Shown: positions 20,833 through 30,353 of the stretch, one piece after another
Layout: each line of letters opens with the position of its first letter
How positions within the stretch are numbered: position 1 is the first letter of the stretch
Source: Pseudomonadota bacterium
GTDB lineage: Bacteria > Campylobacterota > Campylobacteria > Campylobacterales > Sulfurimonadaceae
Direction of reading: 5' to 3'
DNA length: 64,000 bases
Assembly: GCA_043797085.1 (NCBI GenBank)
Contig: JAZDQA010000009.1
Location: 1 to 64,000, forward strand
Program-made: the position numbers and the translations under genes
The notes under the pieces: generated by a model
Database searches by the model: none
Seen by the model: only the letters and a program-made list of their open reading frames with translations
Told to the model about the DNA's origin: nothing

Positions 20833-22176
20833 TTAAAACTCGATCACCCCAATTAAATTAAGCATGACAAAGAACAGTGCAACGGGTGAAATATAACGGA
20901 CACTAAAACGCCAGATAGGATAGAACCATCCCATTTGGTCTTTAAGCACGGAAGCCACCCGTTCTTTTTCGATGACATGTCCGACGAATATTGCCATCAC
21001 AAGTCCGGCAAACGGTAAAAATACATTGGAAGTCATATAATCTGCCCAATCAAAAAAGCTCTTCCCGCCCCAAGTCAAATACTCCGACCATTGGGCACTT
21101 AATGAGCCGATTGCAACAAGACCAAATACGTAAAAGAACCCTCCCATCGATACCGCTGCTTTTGTACGGCTCATATCCCAACGATCGATTAAATATTGTA
21201 CCATCGGCTCAACAAGAGAGACAGCAGAGGTAAGCCCTGCAAAGGCTAATGCCACAAAAAAGAGAACAGCTAAAACATTCCCGACTAATCCCATTGCGTG
21301 AAAAACGGCAGGAAGAGAGATAAAGACAAGCCCCGGTCCTTTAGCAGGTTCGGCACCGTATTGGAACAAAAAGGTAAAAAGAACAAGCCCTGCTGAAAGG
21401 GCAATGAGCGTATCAGTGACAATAACAAAAATCGATGCTCGCACTAGATTACTCTCTTTTGGTAACGATGCCGAATAAATCATAATCGCACCCATCCCCA
21501 AAGAAAGGGTAAAAAAGGCATGCCCAACTGCTACTGCAAACGCCTCAGAGGTAAGTTTGCTCCAATCCGGACTAAACATATAAGACAATGCTCTGGGAAA
21601 ACTCTCCATACTCATCGCATACACCAGCATTCCGCCGATAATAAGCATCAAAGCAGGCATCAAAACAAGATTGAACTTTTCGATTCCCCCCTTGATTCCG
21701 CGAATAAGAACAGCGGTGGTAATCATAAATGCCAAGGTGTGAAAAAAGATTTGTGTTCCTATCCCCTGTGTCATCAGGGTATTGTAAATCCCTTCGGCTT
21801 CAGGAATTGAAGACGGAAGCGTTCCAAATGAAAGTGTAATATAATAAAAAATCCACCCGATTACAACCGAATAATAAAACATAACCAATGTTCCGGATAG
21901 TCCCATAAATCCAGCATATTTCCACTTCTCTTTATGGCGTGGTGCTAAATGTTCAAACGCTCCGACACCGTCTCTCTGCCCTAAATACCCGATAAGCATC
22001 TCCGCAATCATCACTGAAAATCCGACTAAAACAACGGTGAGCAAATAAACCAATACAAATGCTCCCCCGCCATATTCACCGGTGATATAAGGAAATTTCC
22101 AAATATTCCCCAATCCCACTGCTGAACCAGCCGCCGCCATTAAAAAACCCCATCGACTAAATTTTGCAATTTTCAT
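20833..22176 (-). CDS. Sodium-dependent transporter (NSS/SNF family)
   Basis: AAGSAVGLGNIWKFPY, FFTLSLG, GPGLVFISLP. Confidence 0.95.
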   Translation of the reverse strand: MKIAKFSRWGFLMAAAGSAVGLGNIWKFPYITGEYGGGAFVLVYLLTVVLVGFSVMIAEMLIGYLGQRDGVGAFEHLAPRHKEKWKYAGFMGLSGTLVMFYYSVVIGWIFYYITLSFGTLPSSIPEAEGIYNTLMTQGIGTQIFFHTLAFMITTAVLIRGIKGGIEKFNLVLMPALMLIIGGMLVYAMSMESFPRALSYMFSPDWSKLTSEAFAVAVGHAFFTLSLGMGAIMIYSASLPKESNLVRASIFVIVTDTLIALSAGLVLFTFLFQYGAEPAKGPGLVFISLPAVFHAMGLVGNVLAVLFFVALAFAGLTSAVSLVEPMVQYLIDRWDMSRTKAAVSMGGFFYVFGLVAIGSLSAQWSEYLTWGGKSFFDWADYMTSNVFLPFAGLVMAIFVGHVIEKERVASVLKDQMGWFYPIWRFSVRYISPVALFFVMLNLIGVIEF

Positions 22177-22254
22177 TTAACCCCTTTTTCTTTAACCCTG
22201 TTTCGCTCTTTTTAGCAAAATTAGTTCCAAATTATAGCAAAGCAAAAAAAGGTA

Positions 22255-22283
22255 TTGACATTTACTCATTTTTAAACTATAAT
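22255..22283 (+). promoter_or_regulatory. Sigma-70 promoter of tRNA operon
   Basis: Perfect TTGACA-N17-TATAAT upstream of tRNA-Pro. Confidence 0.9.
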
Positions 22284-22326
22284 TTCGCCTCACTAAAATC
22301 GGTTTTGCCACTTTTAGCTGATAGGT

Positions 22327-22404
22327 CGGGGCGTAGCTCAGTATGGTTAGAGTACTTGCTTTGGGAGCAAGGGGCCGGAGGTTCGAGTCCTCTCGCCCCG
22401 ACCA
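22327..22404 (+). tRNA. tRNA-Pro (TGG)
   Basis: Cloverleaf; anticodon arm CTTGC-TTTGGGA-GCAAG; GTTCGAG; CCA end. Confidence 0.96.
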
Positions 22405-22439
22405 CGTTATTTTAAATTTCAATCAAAAAACTTTTGTAT

Positions 22440-22517
22440 GGTGGAATTAGCTCAGTTGGTTAGAGCACTGGTTTGTGGTGCCGGGGGTCACGGGTTCGAG
22501 CCCCGTATTCCACCCCA
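22440..22517 (+). tRNA. tRNA-His (GTG)
   Basis: Arm CTGGT-TTGTGGT-GCCGG; encoded G-1 and C discriminator; CCA. Confidence 0.96.
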
Positions 22518-22573
22518 TATATTTGTTTGTTTATTACACTTTTGGCATTTTAGATGTTTTAGAAGGACTTTGT

Positions 22574-22650
22574 GCGTTCGTAGCTCAATTGGATAGAGTA
22601 ACGGTCTTCGGAACCGTAGGTTATAGGTTCGAACCCTATCGGGCGCACCA
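22574..22650 (+). tRNA. tRNA-Arg (TCG)
   Basis: Arm ACGGT-CTTCGGA-ACCGT; CCA. Confidence 0.95.
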
Positions 22651-22660
22651 TATAGTACTC

Positions 22661-22737
22661 GCGTCCTTAGCTCAGTTGGATAGAGCAATGCCCTTCTAAG
22701 GCATCGGTCAGAGGTTCGAATCCTCTAGGGCGTACCA
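22661..22737 (+). tRNA. tRNA-Arg (TCT)
   Basis: Arm ATGCC-CTTCTAA-GGCAT; CCA. Confidence 0.96.
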
Positions 22738-22752
22738 CCTTAGATTTTATGT

Positions 22753-22836
22753 GCGGATGTGGTGAAATGGTAGACACGCCAGACTTAGGATCTGGTGCCG
22801 CAAGGTGTAGGAGTTCAAGTCTCCTCATCCGCACCA
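22753..22836 (+). tRNA. tRNA-Leu (TAG)
   Basis: Arm CCAGA-CTTAGGA-TCTGG; long variable arm; CCA. Confidence 0.96.
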
Positions 22837-22984
22837 CCCCTTCTAGATGCTTATTTTAAGCACTTCTTTAACAATCAATTAATTTACTTTTTTAAAATTT
22901 ACTCGGATTACATTCTTCCCTAATAATTCATAATAACGTCAATGTAAAATACTTCAATAATAAAACATAAGCTACAAAGAGAGA

Positions 22985-23734
22985 TTAATAAGACTCTAAC
23001 CTACTTAGCAACTCTTCGACAAAGCGATGGTAATCTTTTAGTCCACGGGAACGCTCGGGCTGATCGATTATCGGATTTCCTCCTTCAAACTGATTCGAAA
23101 GTTTGACATCAATCCCTATGGGAGAAAAAAACTTTTCCTCTCCAAACTGTATTTTTACTTTGGCAATCGCGTCACGATGTTCAGGGATATGAGTATTGAC
23201 CATGACCGGAAGAATCCCTACGTTTGGAGTGCGTTGTCCATTGTACGAAGCGTTTTGATAGATGGCTCGTACCATTTGCCCCACTGCGACCACACCCAAA
23301 TGATGAGGGACGAAAGGGATAACGACTGCATCAGCAACTTCAAGTGCATTTTTGAGCAGTGCATCAAATGTGGGTGGGGTGTCAATCACTACGTAATCGA
23401 AAAACTCATGAATCATTTCATTGGAGAACCTGTTTCGTAACACTCCCCGCAAATCGCCATTTTCGTACACATCGAAAAATTCGGTGGCAGGAGAGAGTGT
23501 CAGTTGCTCAAACACAGTCGGAACGAAAGTCTCACTGAGCGTTTTACCAAAAAAAATCGAATGTGCTCCATTGTCAAGCGATCCCATACACCCTACGCCC
23601 ATCGACGCATGAGCTTGGGTATCGAAGTCAATAAGCAATACAGAGCCTCGTTTAGCAAGCTCACACGCGAGATTAACCGCCGTCGTCGTTTTTGCTGAGC
23701 CACCTTTACGATTGGATACAACTATGGTCTTCAT
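22985..23734 (-). CDS. ParA-family ATPase (chemotaxis-associated, ParC/PpfA-like)
   Basis: Deviant Walker A KGGSAKTT, DFDTQA, IDTPP; last gene of the che operon; no parB next to it. Confidence 0.88.
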   Translation of the reverse strand: MKTIVVSNRKGGSAKTTTAVNLACELAKRGSVLLIDFDTQAHASMGVGCMGSLDNGAHSIFFGKTLSETFVPTVFEQLTLSPATEFFDVYENGDLRGVLRNRFSNEMIHEFFDYVVIDTPPTFDALLKNALEVADAVVIPFVPHHLGVVAVGQMVRAIYQNASYNGQRTPNVGILPVMVNTHIPEHRDAIAKVKIQFGEEKFFSPIGIDVKLSNQFEGGNPIIDQPERSRGLKDYHRFVEELLSRLESY

Positions 23735-24513
23735 GCCACCTCTTCATTCGGAAGAGTAATCGAATCGATAACCACTACGAGTGATTTTTTGTACTCTACC
23801 ACACCGCGCGTATGTAAACATGCCCCTACTTTGACGTTATGGGCATAGGGCTTTATCTGTTCCTCATCCAATGCAATAATATCTCGGATTGCGTCTACTT
23901 TGATCGCAAAAAAACCATTGCCGCTTCGATAAATAAGAAGTTTTTGTATTTGAGAAGAAATTTCGGTACTTTTTCGTACCATTTCACCCAAAAGACGCAT
24001 TGTATCCACGAAAGCACCATTGATGATCTCTTTGTTGTAGCATTCCAGTGCAGCTTCGGTATCGCCCGTGCATTGCTGTAATAACTTTGCACCTGTTTCA
24101 TGTAACTGCGAATGAATGGGTATAAGTGCGCGAATGATAGCGAGCACTTCAGGATCATTCGCTTGATACGAATAAATCCATTTACCCAATCGGCATAAAT
24201 GGGGATCAAGTGCAAGCTTAAAAGGGACACCCTCGCGCAACGATGTTTCCAATGCTACTACCCAATTTTGATGGTCCTTTATTACTTGATTAAACAATTC
24301 CAGCATCTGATCTTCATGCGTTTGCAAATTGGTCATTTTTCGAAAATTAATCACCTTTGCCGTAAGGTTTTGATAGGTCATCAATCCATCAATAAATGGA
24401 TGGGCATTGGGAATAGGGGTCAGATGCGGAACCTGATCGATACGATCGATATTGCCGACTTCTAACGCATAATCGCTCACGCCAATCGTAAAAATAATGT
24501 AATCAGATGTCAT
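23731..24513 (-). CDS. CheW-like adaptor with inserted CZB domain
   Basis: CheW N-half (YIIFTIG..TPIPNAHPFIDGLM), CZB (DHQNW..CRLGKW..HSQLH), CheW C-half (FAIKVDAIRDI..GVVEY). Confidence 0.88.
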   Translation of the reverse strand: MTSDYIIFTIGVSDYALEVGNIDRIDQVPHLTPIPNAHPFIDGLMTYQNLTAKVINFRKMTNLQTHEDQMLELFNQVIKDHQNWVVALETSLREGVPFKLALDPHLCRLGKWIYSYQANDPEVLAIIRALIPIHSQLHETGAKLLQQCTGDTEAALECYNKEIINGAFVDTMRLLGEMVRKSTEISSQIQKLLIYRSGNGFFAIKVDAIRDIIALDEEQIKPYAHNVKVGACLHTRGVVEYKKSLVVVIDSITLPNEEVA

Positions 24514-24522
24514 TTCAATCCT

Positions 24523-24792
24523 TTATGCGCAATGGGCTTCGGTCACGTCAAAGCCTTCACATATCTTTTGATACAACTTCTCATACATTCCGAATCGGTA
24601 TTGGGCTACATACAGTTTTTTGTATGCCAAAACAAGCTGCAAGATCCCTAAATGGAGATCATCACACTCACTAAAATCAAAAAGAATCGGATCAGGAGAG
24701 GAGAGCTGTAAATAATCACGCAATGCTCCAATCTCATCTTCGTACGTTACACCACTGAAAATTACAGTATGATTTTCCATCAAAATCGACAT
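24523..24792 (-). CDS. Small STAS-like protein
   Basis: 89 aa; DFSECDDLHLGILQLVLA resembles the STAS D-x-S...LQLL motif typical of che operons. Confidence 0.6.
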   Translation of the reverse strand: MSILMENHTVIFSGVTYEDEIGALRDYLQLSSPDPILFDFSECDDLHLGILQLVLAYKKLYVAQYRFGMYEKLYQKICEGFDVTEAHCA

Positions 24793-25568
24793 TACACTAT
24801 CCCCTTTACCGGCATTGAGACCGATTTTATAACATTAACCAGTCGCTCACCCATCTCAACAACCCCTGACGTTTCTAGAAAATCTCCCAGACTATTGCTT
24901 GAATCAACCGACTTGATCATCGAAGGTTCAATACGGGCCATGTCATCAATCGCATCCACCTTGATGGCAAAAAAGCTCTCTCCTCCTTGGTAGATCAACA
25001 GTTTTTGCATGTGTCCTGAAATGGATTGCGACATTTCTCCCATTTTATGAATTTCTCCCAGTGTCATTGAAAAAATAGAGACAATCTCACGGCGGGCCTG
25101 ATCCAAAGCCTCTTCAGGATTGGTTTCACGCAATGCCAATATTTCACGTCCACGATCATGAAGTTTTGAATGCGTAGGTCGAAGAACTTTTAAAATAGCC
25201 AAAACATCCGCATCATGAGTACTGTAGCTATCCAGCCATTTTCCAAGACGACAAGCATGCGAATCCGTGGTAAGGGCAAAACCGCTATTATTCTCCATGG
25301 CTGCCATGAATGTATCAACCCATATTTTATGATCATTCCCAACACGTTGAAACAGGGCATGAACTTCTTCTTCGTGTGCCGTCATTGCTATCATTTTACG
25401 AAAATTCACCACTTTCGTCACACGCTTTTCATACGACATCATTCCATCAATACAAGGGTGTGCATTAGGGATTGGGGTGACACTTGGCATCTGAATAATT
25501 CGCTCTACATTCTCCACATTGAGTGCATAAAAATTCGTTCCAACCGTAAAAACAATATAATCTTCCAT
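24792..25568 (-). CDS. CheW-like adaptor with inserted CZB domain (paralogue)
   Basis: Same split architecture; CZB DHKIW..CRLGKW..HSKLH. Confidence 0.88.
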   Translation of the reverse strand: MEDYIVFTVGTNFYALNVENVERIIQMPSVTPIPNAHPCIDGMMSYEKRVTKVVNFRKMIAMTAHEEEVHALFQRVGNDHKIWVDTFMAAMENNSGFALTTDSHACRLGKWLDSYSTHDADVLAILKVLRPTHSKLHDRGREILALRETNPEEALDQARREIVSIFSMTLGEIHKMGEMSQSISGHMQKLLIYQGGESFFAIKVDAIDDMARIEPSMIKSVDSSNSLGDFLETSGVVEMGERLVNVIKSVSMPVKGIV

Positions 25569-25578
25569 TTTTTATCCT

Positions 25579-28350
25579 TTAGCTTGCATGTTGGTAATTG
25601 GTTTGAAGTGCGTGTGAGAGCTGCAACATCCCCAGCGGATCAATCGCCATGATAATTTGCCCATTTCCAAGTAATGCCGTCCCGCTGAAAATCGGATGGT
25701 GTTCCATAATCCCCTCAAGCGGTTTTTGTACGACATCAATCTGCCCAATCAGCGCATTGACGACAACGGCTAACAAATTGCCCTTGATATTGAGCACCAC
25801 AACCGGAAGTGTTTTACCGATCAATATCTTTTCATCGAGCATTTGACGCGTAAACAGCAGAGGTATAACCTCTCCGCGTAAATAAATAAATGGCTCATTT
25901 TGTAAATATTCAATCTGTGCGGATTCGATTTTGACCGTTTCAGAGACACTGTCCATCGGGAATCCATAGTGAACACCGTTCATCATCACATGAAGCAGCG
26001 ACGTTACGGCAAGAGATACGGGGATAGAGAGATAAATCGTCGTCCCTTGATTAGGGACGGTTTTGATACGAATAGTGCCGCCAAATCCTTCGATTGATTT
26101 GCGCACTACATCCATCCCTACGCCGCGTCCGCTGTACTCACTGATCGTCTCAGCCGTAGAAAGTCCCGGCAGCATCACCAGTGCCGCTTTTTCATCATCG
26201 CTCATTGCATCGATTTGATCCAACGTTAAAAGGTCTTTTTCCAATACTTTTTGAACAACACGATCCACATTGATACCCGCTCCGTCATCACGGATTTCGA
26301 CGATAATTTTGTCACTTTGAGGATAGGCATTGAGGGTAATTTGACCCTCCGGACTTTTACCCTTTTGGATACGAATGTCTGGAAGTTCGATTCCGTGGTC
26401 GAGAGAATTTCGCATAATATGAATCATCGGATCGGCAAGCATCTCGATCATGTTTTTATCGAGTTTCGTCTCTCCTCCATCCATCGTTAACGTCACTTTT
26501 TTGTTAAGATTTTTCGAAATATCCCGTACCAGTTTGGGGTAACGGTCAAATACATAGGAGATAGGGAGCATCCGCATCGACATAATCAAATCTTGGAGCT
26601 GTTCGGTGAGACGGTTAATAAAGGTATATTTTTCCATTATCGCCCGTTTTGTCCCCTCGTGAGTCATCGCATGTACACCGTCCGCCAAATAGGGAAGAGA
26701 GTTTTTAGCCACGAGCAGCTCGCCCACTACATTCATCAAATTATCGATGGACTCCTGATCGACCTTCACGGTTTTGCCGATAACCCCTTTTTTGGCTCCT
26801 GCGTTTTGAACTTCCGGTTCAAGCTTTGGCGCTTCGACGACAACAGCCGATTTGACCTCTGCTGATGGTTTTACCGTAACGATATTGACAGGGGTTAGCA
26901 GTACAATTTCTACTTCAGGAATAGTGAGCTCCATCATACTCAAAATCTCTTCGTCTATCTCATTTAAGCTCTCTGTTTGAGTATCAGCACAAACTTCATC
27001 CGGAGAGTTTAAGCCTAATTCTTGACGTAACCATCTCATCACCTCATCAGCTGAAGCATTTTGCGCAGGAAGGCTCTCTAAATGTTCGCTAAGAGCACTT
27101 AATATCCCCTTGACTCGAATAAGGGCACTCTCATCTTCCACACTTTCGAGCGTTTGAAGCTGTTGCAGAAGAATGGCTTGCAGACGTTGAAGCGCAACCT
27201 CATTCAGCGGTTCTTTTGCTACGATATTTATCGGTTGAGCAGGTTCATCTGCACTCTCTACCGATAATTCTGCCGTGTACGCATACACATGCCCCTGCGG
27301 CAACTTGGCAAAAAAGGATTTCAACTCTTTTAAATCACGATCTGCCACACATCCAATAACATCAAGGGCACGATTGAGCTGTCCGCTTTGAATCGTATCT
27401 TTACCGATCAGGGGTAACGTATTGATGATACGCGCAGAGATTTCGGAAGGATTGCTCGCATCAATTTGCACCGCGCACTCACGACTTAGCTCTTTTAGAA
27501 CATCCAACGTATGTCCGCGCTCTCCCTCATCCACTCCAAGCAATGTCACAATATCCAATAGCATAAATTCGAGCTCATCACTAAAGTTAAACAAAGCATC
27601 GCTAATCTCTTCATACGTAGCATAGACAAACGCAACCATCGAGAGTTTCAGCAATAATCCATCCGGATCATCGAATCCGCTAAGCGCCGAAGTAGCTGCA
27701 TTGGTACTCATGCAAGAGTAAACACCAAGCACTTTGTCGGATATTAGCGAGAGTGTATAAACGGGATCGTTTCCATATACCATGCACGACTCATCAATAT
27801 CAAAAACGACCGCATACAACTGTTCGTTCGAACATACCTCTTCATCAATAGCACCAAGAGCAAAGGGGATTTTCTGTTCAAAGGAGCGCAAGAACGGCAT
27901 GGGGAGATTCACAATACGGTTCACATCCCTTACGCTTCTAAAAGGACATGTCCATGTATACACTTCAATGGTTTTACCCATCAAACCGCTGAGTTCTTGG
28001 GCTATTTCATCAATTCGTTCTTCATCAGCGCTGACAATCGCCCCGCTCTCTTCTGCCGCTTCGATCAGATTTATCACCTCATCAAATGCGTTATACAGAG
28101 ACTCAACCATTCTCTCTTGAAAATCAATTTTACCGGATCGAAGCATATCCAATAAGTCTTCCGCGTGGTGGGTGATGCGCTTAACCGCTTCAAATCCGAC
28201 AATCCCTGAGCCACCTTTGAGCGTATGCGCGGCACGAAAAACGGCATTAAGCAATTCAGGATCGTCCCCGCCGATTTTGTCAATGTTTTGATCGATAAAA
28301 GCTAAATTTTCTCTGGCTTCAAGTAAAAATTGTTCGAGTAGCGCATCCAT
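25579..28350 (-). CDS. cheA: Chemotaxis histidine kinase CheA
   Basis: HPt FRAAHTLKG, dimerisation domain, RNSLDHGIE, DDGAG, SGRGVGMDVV, C-terminal CheW domain. Confidence 0.97.
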   Translation of the reverse strand: MDALLEQFLLEARENLAFIDQNIDKIGGDDPELLNAVFRAAHTLKGGSGIVGFEAVKRITHHAEDLLDMLRSGKIDFQERMVESLYNAFDEVINLIEAAEESGAIVSADEERIDEIAQELSGLMGKTIEVYTWTCPFRSVRDVNRIVNLPMPFLRSFEQKIPFALGAIDEEVCSNEQLYAVVFDIDESCMVYGNDPVYTLSLISDKVLGVYSCMSTNAATSALSGFDDPDGLLLKLSMVAFVYATYEEISDALFNFSDELEFMLLDIVTLLGVDEGERGHTLDVLKELSRECAVQIDASNPSEISARIINTLPLIGKDTIQSGQLNRALDVIGCVADRDLKELKSFFAKLPQGHVYAYTAELSVESADEPAQPINIVAKEPLNEVALQRLQAILLQQLQTLESVEDESALIRVKGILSALSEHLESLPAQNASADEVMRWLRQELGLNSPDEVCADTQTESLNEIDEEILSMMELTIPEVEIVLLTPVNIVTVKPSAEVKSAVVVEAPKLEPEVQNAGAKKGVIGKTVKVDQESIDNLMNVVGELLVAKNSLPYLADGVHAMTHEGTKRAIMEKYTFINRLTEQLQDLIMSMRMLPISYVFDRYPKLVRDISKNLNKKVTLTMDGGETKLDKNMIEMLADPMIHIMRNSLDHGIELPDIRIQKGKSPEGQITLNAYPQSDKIIVEIRDDGAGINVDRVVQKVLEKDLLTLDQIDAMSDDEKAALVMLPGLSTAETISEYSGRGVGMDVVRKSIEGFGGTIRIKTVPNQGTTIYLSIPVSLAVTSLLHVMMNGVHYGFPMDSVSETVKIESAQIEYLQNEPFIYLRGEVIPLLFTRQMLDEKILIGKTLPVVVLNIKGNLLAVVVNALIGQIDVVQKPLEGIMEHHPIFSGTALLGNGQIIMAIDPLGMLQLSHALQTNYQHAS

Positions 28351-28361
28351 TTGTGTTTTCC

Positions 28362-28733
28362 TTAGAGTGTAGCATTGAGCAATAACTGAAGATAGCCTTT
28401 GAGGGCATCGGGCTTGATCGGTTTGGTCTCAAAAAGGCTTGCCCCCACCTTGAATGCTTCGATTTTATCCGTGCCAGCTTCTTGTGTTGTAATCATAATG
28501 ACAGGCGTGAGCTTATGCGCGGGCTGCTTGCGAAGTTCACTCACAAAAGAGTATCCGTCCATCACCGGCATGTTGACATCCACGAGATAGAGGTTCACCT
28601 CATTATCCAATGTCTTCTCGAGCGCTTCCATCCCATTTTCGGCTTCAAGGACATCCACCCCTAAATCCCGTAAAATCGAGCCGTGATAACTTCGTACTGT
28701 TTTTGAATCATCGACTACCATAACTGTTGCCAT
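28362..28733 (-). CDS. cheY: CheY-like response regulator
   Basis: Single receiver domain: VDDS, DVNMP, ITT, KP. Confidence 0.9.
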   Translation of the reverse strand: MATVMVVDDSKTVRSYHGSILRDLGVDVLEAENGMEALEKTLDNEVNLYLVDVNMPVMDGYSFVSELRKQPAHKLTPVIMITTQEAGTDKIEAFKVGASLFETKPIKPDALKGYLQLLLNATL

Positions 28734-28742
28734 CTTCTTCTC

Positions 28743-29132
28743 CTAAAAAAACTCTATACCGTCATCATCATGATGCTGTATTTTTCCGCCAAAAGCTGCA
28801 TGCTTCTCTTGTGCCCGATCGAGCGCTGATGTTAACTTGCTGTGCATTTTTTCTAAATTTTCTGCTGCTAGTGAATCGTCTTTACTAAATATGCGTGTAA
28901 AATACTGCAAATGTTTTTGCACATTTTCAATCGCCTCGATGGTTGCCCCCAGCTGTTGCGCAATAATATCTTGATACTGCATTACTTCCAGCGTTTCGTC
29001 ATCCAAAATCAAGCCCTGTTTTTCGATAAAACGAACTACTTGAAGTTGAGCTTTTTGAGTCATTTCAATCGTCTCACCCTCTACGGATTTGATATGTTCA
29101 AGGAGACCGTCCAATGTATGTAAAAACTGCAT
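28743..29132 (-). CDS. Hypothetical helical protein, possible CheZ-like phosphatase
   Basis: MQYQDIIAQQL contains a DxxxQ motif; acidic/aromatic tail DDDGIEFF; lies between two cheY genes. Confidence 0.55.
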   Translation of the reverse strand: MQFLHTLDGLLEHIKSVEGETIEMTQKAQLQVVRFIEKQGLILDDETLEVMQYQDIIAQQLGATIEAIENVQKHLQYFTRIFSKDDSLAAENLEKMHSKLTSALDRAQEKHAAFGGKIQHHDDDGIEFF

Positions 29133-29135
29133 CAG

Positions 29136-29507
29136 TTAGGGAAGCCGTAATACTCTAGCAATCGCTTGCTTGAGCTGTGCCGGATTAAAAGGTTTGACAA
29201 TCCATCCTGTCAATCCCAATGCTTTGCCTTGTTGTTTTAACTCATCACGTGTTTCAGTCGTGAGCATCAATACGGGAGTACGTGCCGTTGCAGAATGAGC
29301 ACGAATCCCTTGCAAAAACTCAAATCCGTTCATCACCGGCATATTCATATCGGTAATAATCAAATCGGGAGTCATTCCCCCTTGAATTTCGCGAAGTGCC
29401 TCGGGTGCATTCAAATATTGCTTGACCGTAATGGGCATACTGTCCGTCACCATCCGAGTGGAAGCAAGAGCGGTTTCACTGTCGTCTATAAATAGTACTA
29501 ATGGCAT
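29136..29507 (-). CDS. cheY: CheY-like response regulator
   Basis: IDDS, TDMNMP, LTTE, GWIVKPF. Confidence 0.9.
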   Translation of the reverse strand: MPLVLFIDDSETALASTRMVTDSMPITVKQYLNAPEALREIQGGMTPDLIITDMNMPVMNGFEFLQGIRAHSATARTPVLMLTTETRDELKQQGKALGLTGWIVKPFNPAQLKQAIARVLRLP

Positions 29508-29519
29508 AATATTTTCCTT

Positions 29520-30350
29520 TTACTTTTGATAAATTAATGTGGAATCGATTTTTCTGGCTTTAAAGACAGAAGTAATACGACTCATATACTCTGCATGACC
29601 TAATAATACATAACCACCGATGTTGACCATATCATAAAAACTCATTGCCACCTCTTTACGACTTGCATCATCAAAATAAATCAGCATATTTCGTGAAAAG
29701 ATAACATCGAACTTACCCAGCTGACGCATTTGCATCTTATCAAAAACATTGGCTACTTTAAAATCAACCGTTCCGATCAAATCATCGATCAAATCAAACC
29801 CAAACGCCTGTTTTTTAAAGTACTTCGCTAATACGCCTGAGGGAATAGCATGAACCGAGCGCTCAGAGTATTTCCCCAACTTGGCTTTGGCAATCACCGT
29901 ACTGTCAATATCAATTCCCACAACTTCAATATCTCTCTCCTCAATCAAGCACGCCTCTTGAAGCAAATGCAAAATGATAGAATAAGGCTCTTCTCCCGTA
30001 GAACAGGGAGCGCAAAGAATCCGAATCGGAGTTGTTTTGGATTTCGTTGCATGAAGCTCTGGCAAAATGCGATCAACTAAAACTTCAAACTGCTCTTTTT
30101 CACGATAAAAATAGGTTTCATTTATCGTGACAGCATTCATCAGCTCTTGAAACTCAGTCCCGTCCTTGTCCTCAAATCGCAAGGTATAAAAATACTTTCG
30201 AAACGAATCCGCATTGATCACCTTTGCCCGAGTATCGATGTATTTTGCCAATTTGTCAAAATGCTTATCGACTTCTAAAAAAATACCCGTCTTACGGTAG
30301 ATGTAATCGGTCATTTTATGGAAGCTTTCGTCGTTTAGCAAATAGACCAT
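29520..30350 (-). CDS. cheR: Chemotaxis methyltransferase
   Basis: TINETYFYRE, CSTGEEPYS, FSRNMLIYFD, LGHAE. Confidence 0.96.
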   Translation of the reverse strand: MVYLLNDESFHKMTDYIYRKTGIFLEVDKHFDKLAKYIDTRAKVINADSFRKYFYTLRFEDKDGTEFQELMNAVTINETYFYREKEQFEVLVDRILPELHATKSKTTPIRILCAPCSTGEEPYSIILHLLQEACLIEERDIEVVGIDIDSTVIAKAKLGKYSERSVHAIPSGVLAKYFKKQAFGFDLIDDLIGTVDFKVANVFDKMQMRQLGKFDVIFSRNMLIYFDDASRKEVAMSFYDMVNIGGYVLLGHAEYMSRITSVFKARKIDSTLIYQK

Positions 30351-30353
30351 GTG

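Noticed and set aside
22574..22650. tRNA-Arg(TCG) rather than ACG
   Set aside because: Expected for Campylobacterota; not unusual.
22164..22699. Short ORFs in the track over the tRNA cluster
   Set aside because: They overlap clear tRNA genes and are spurious.
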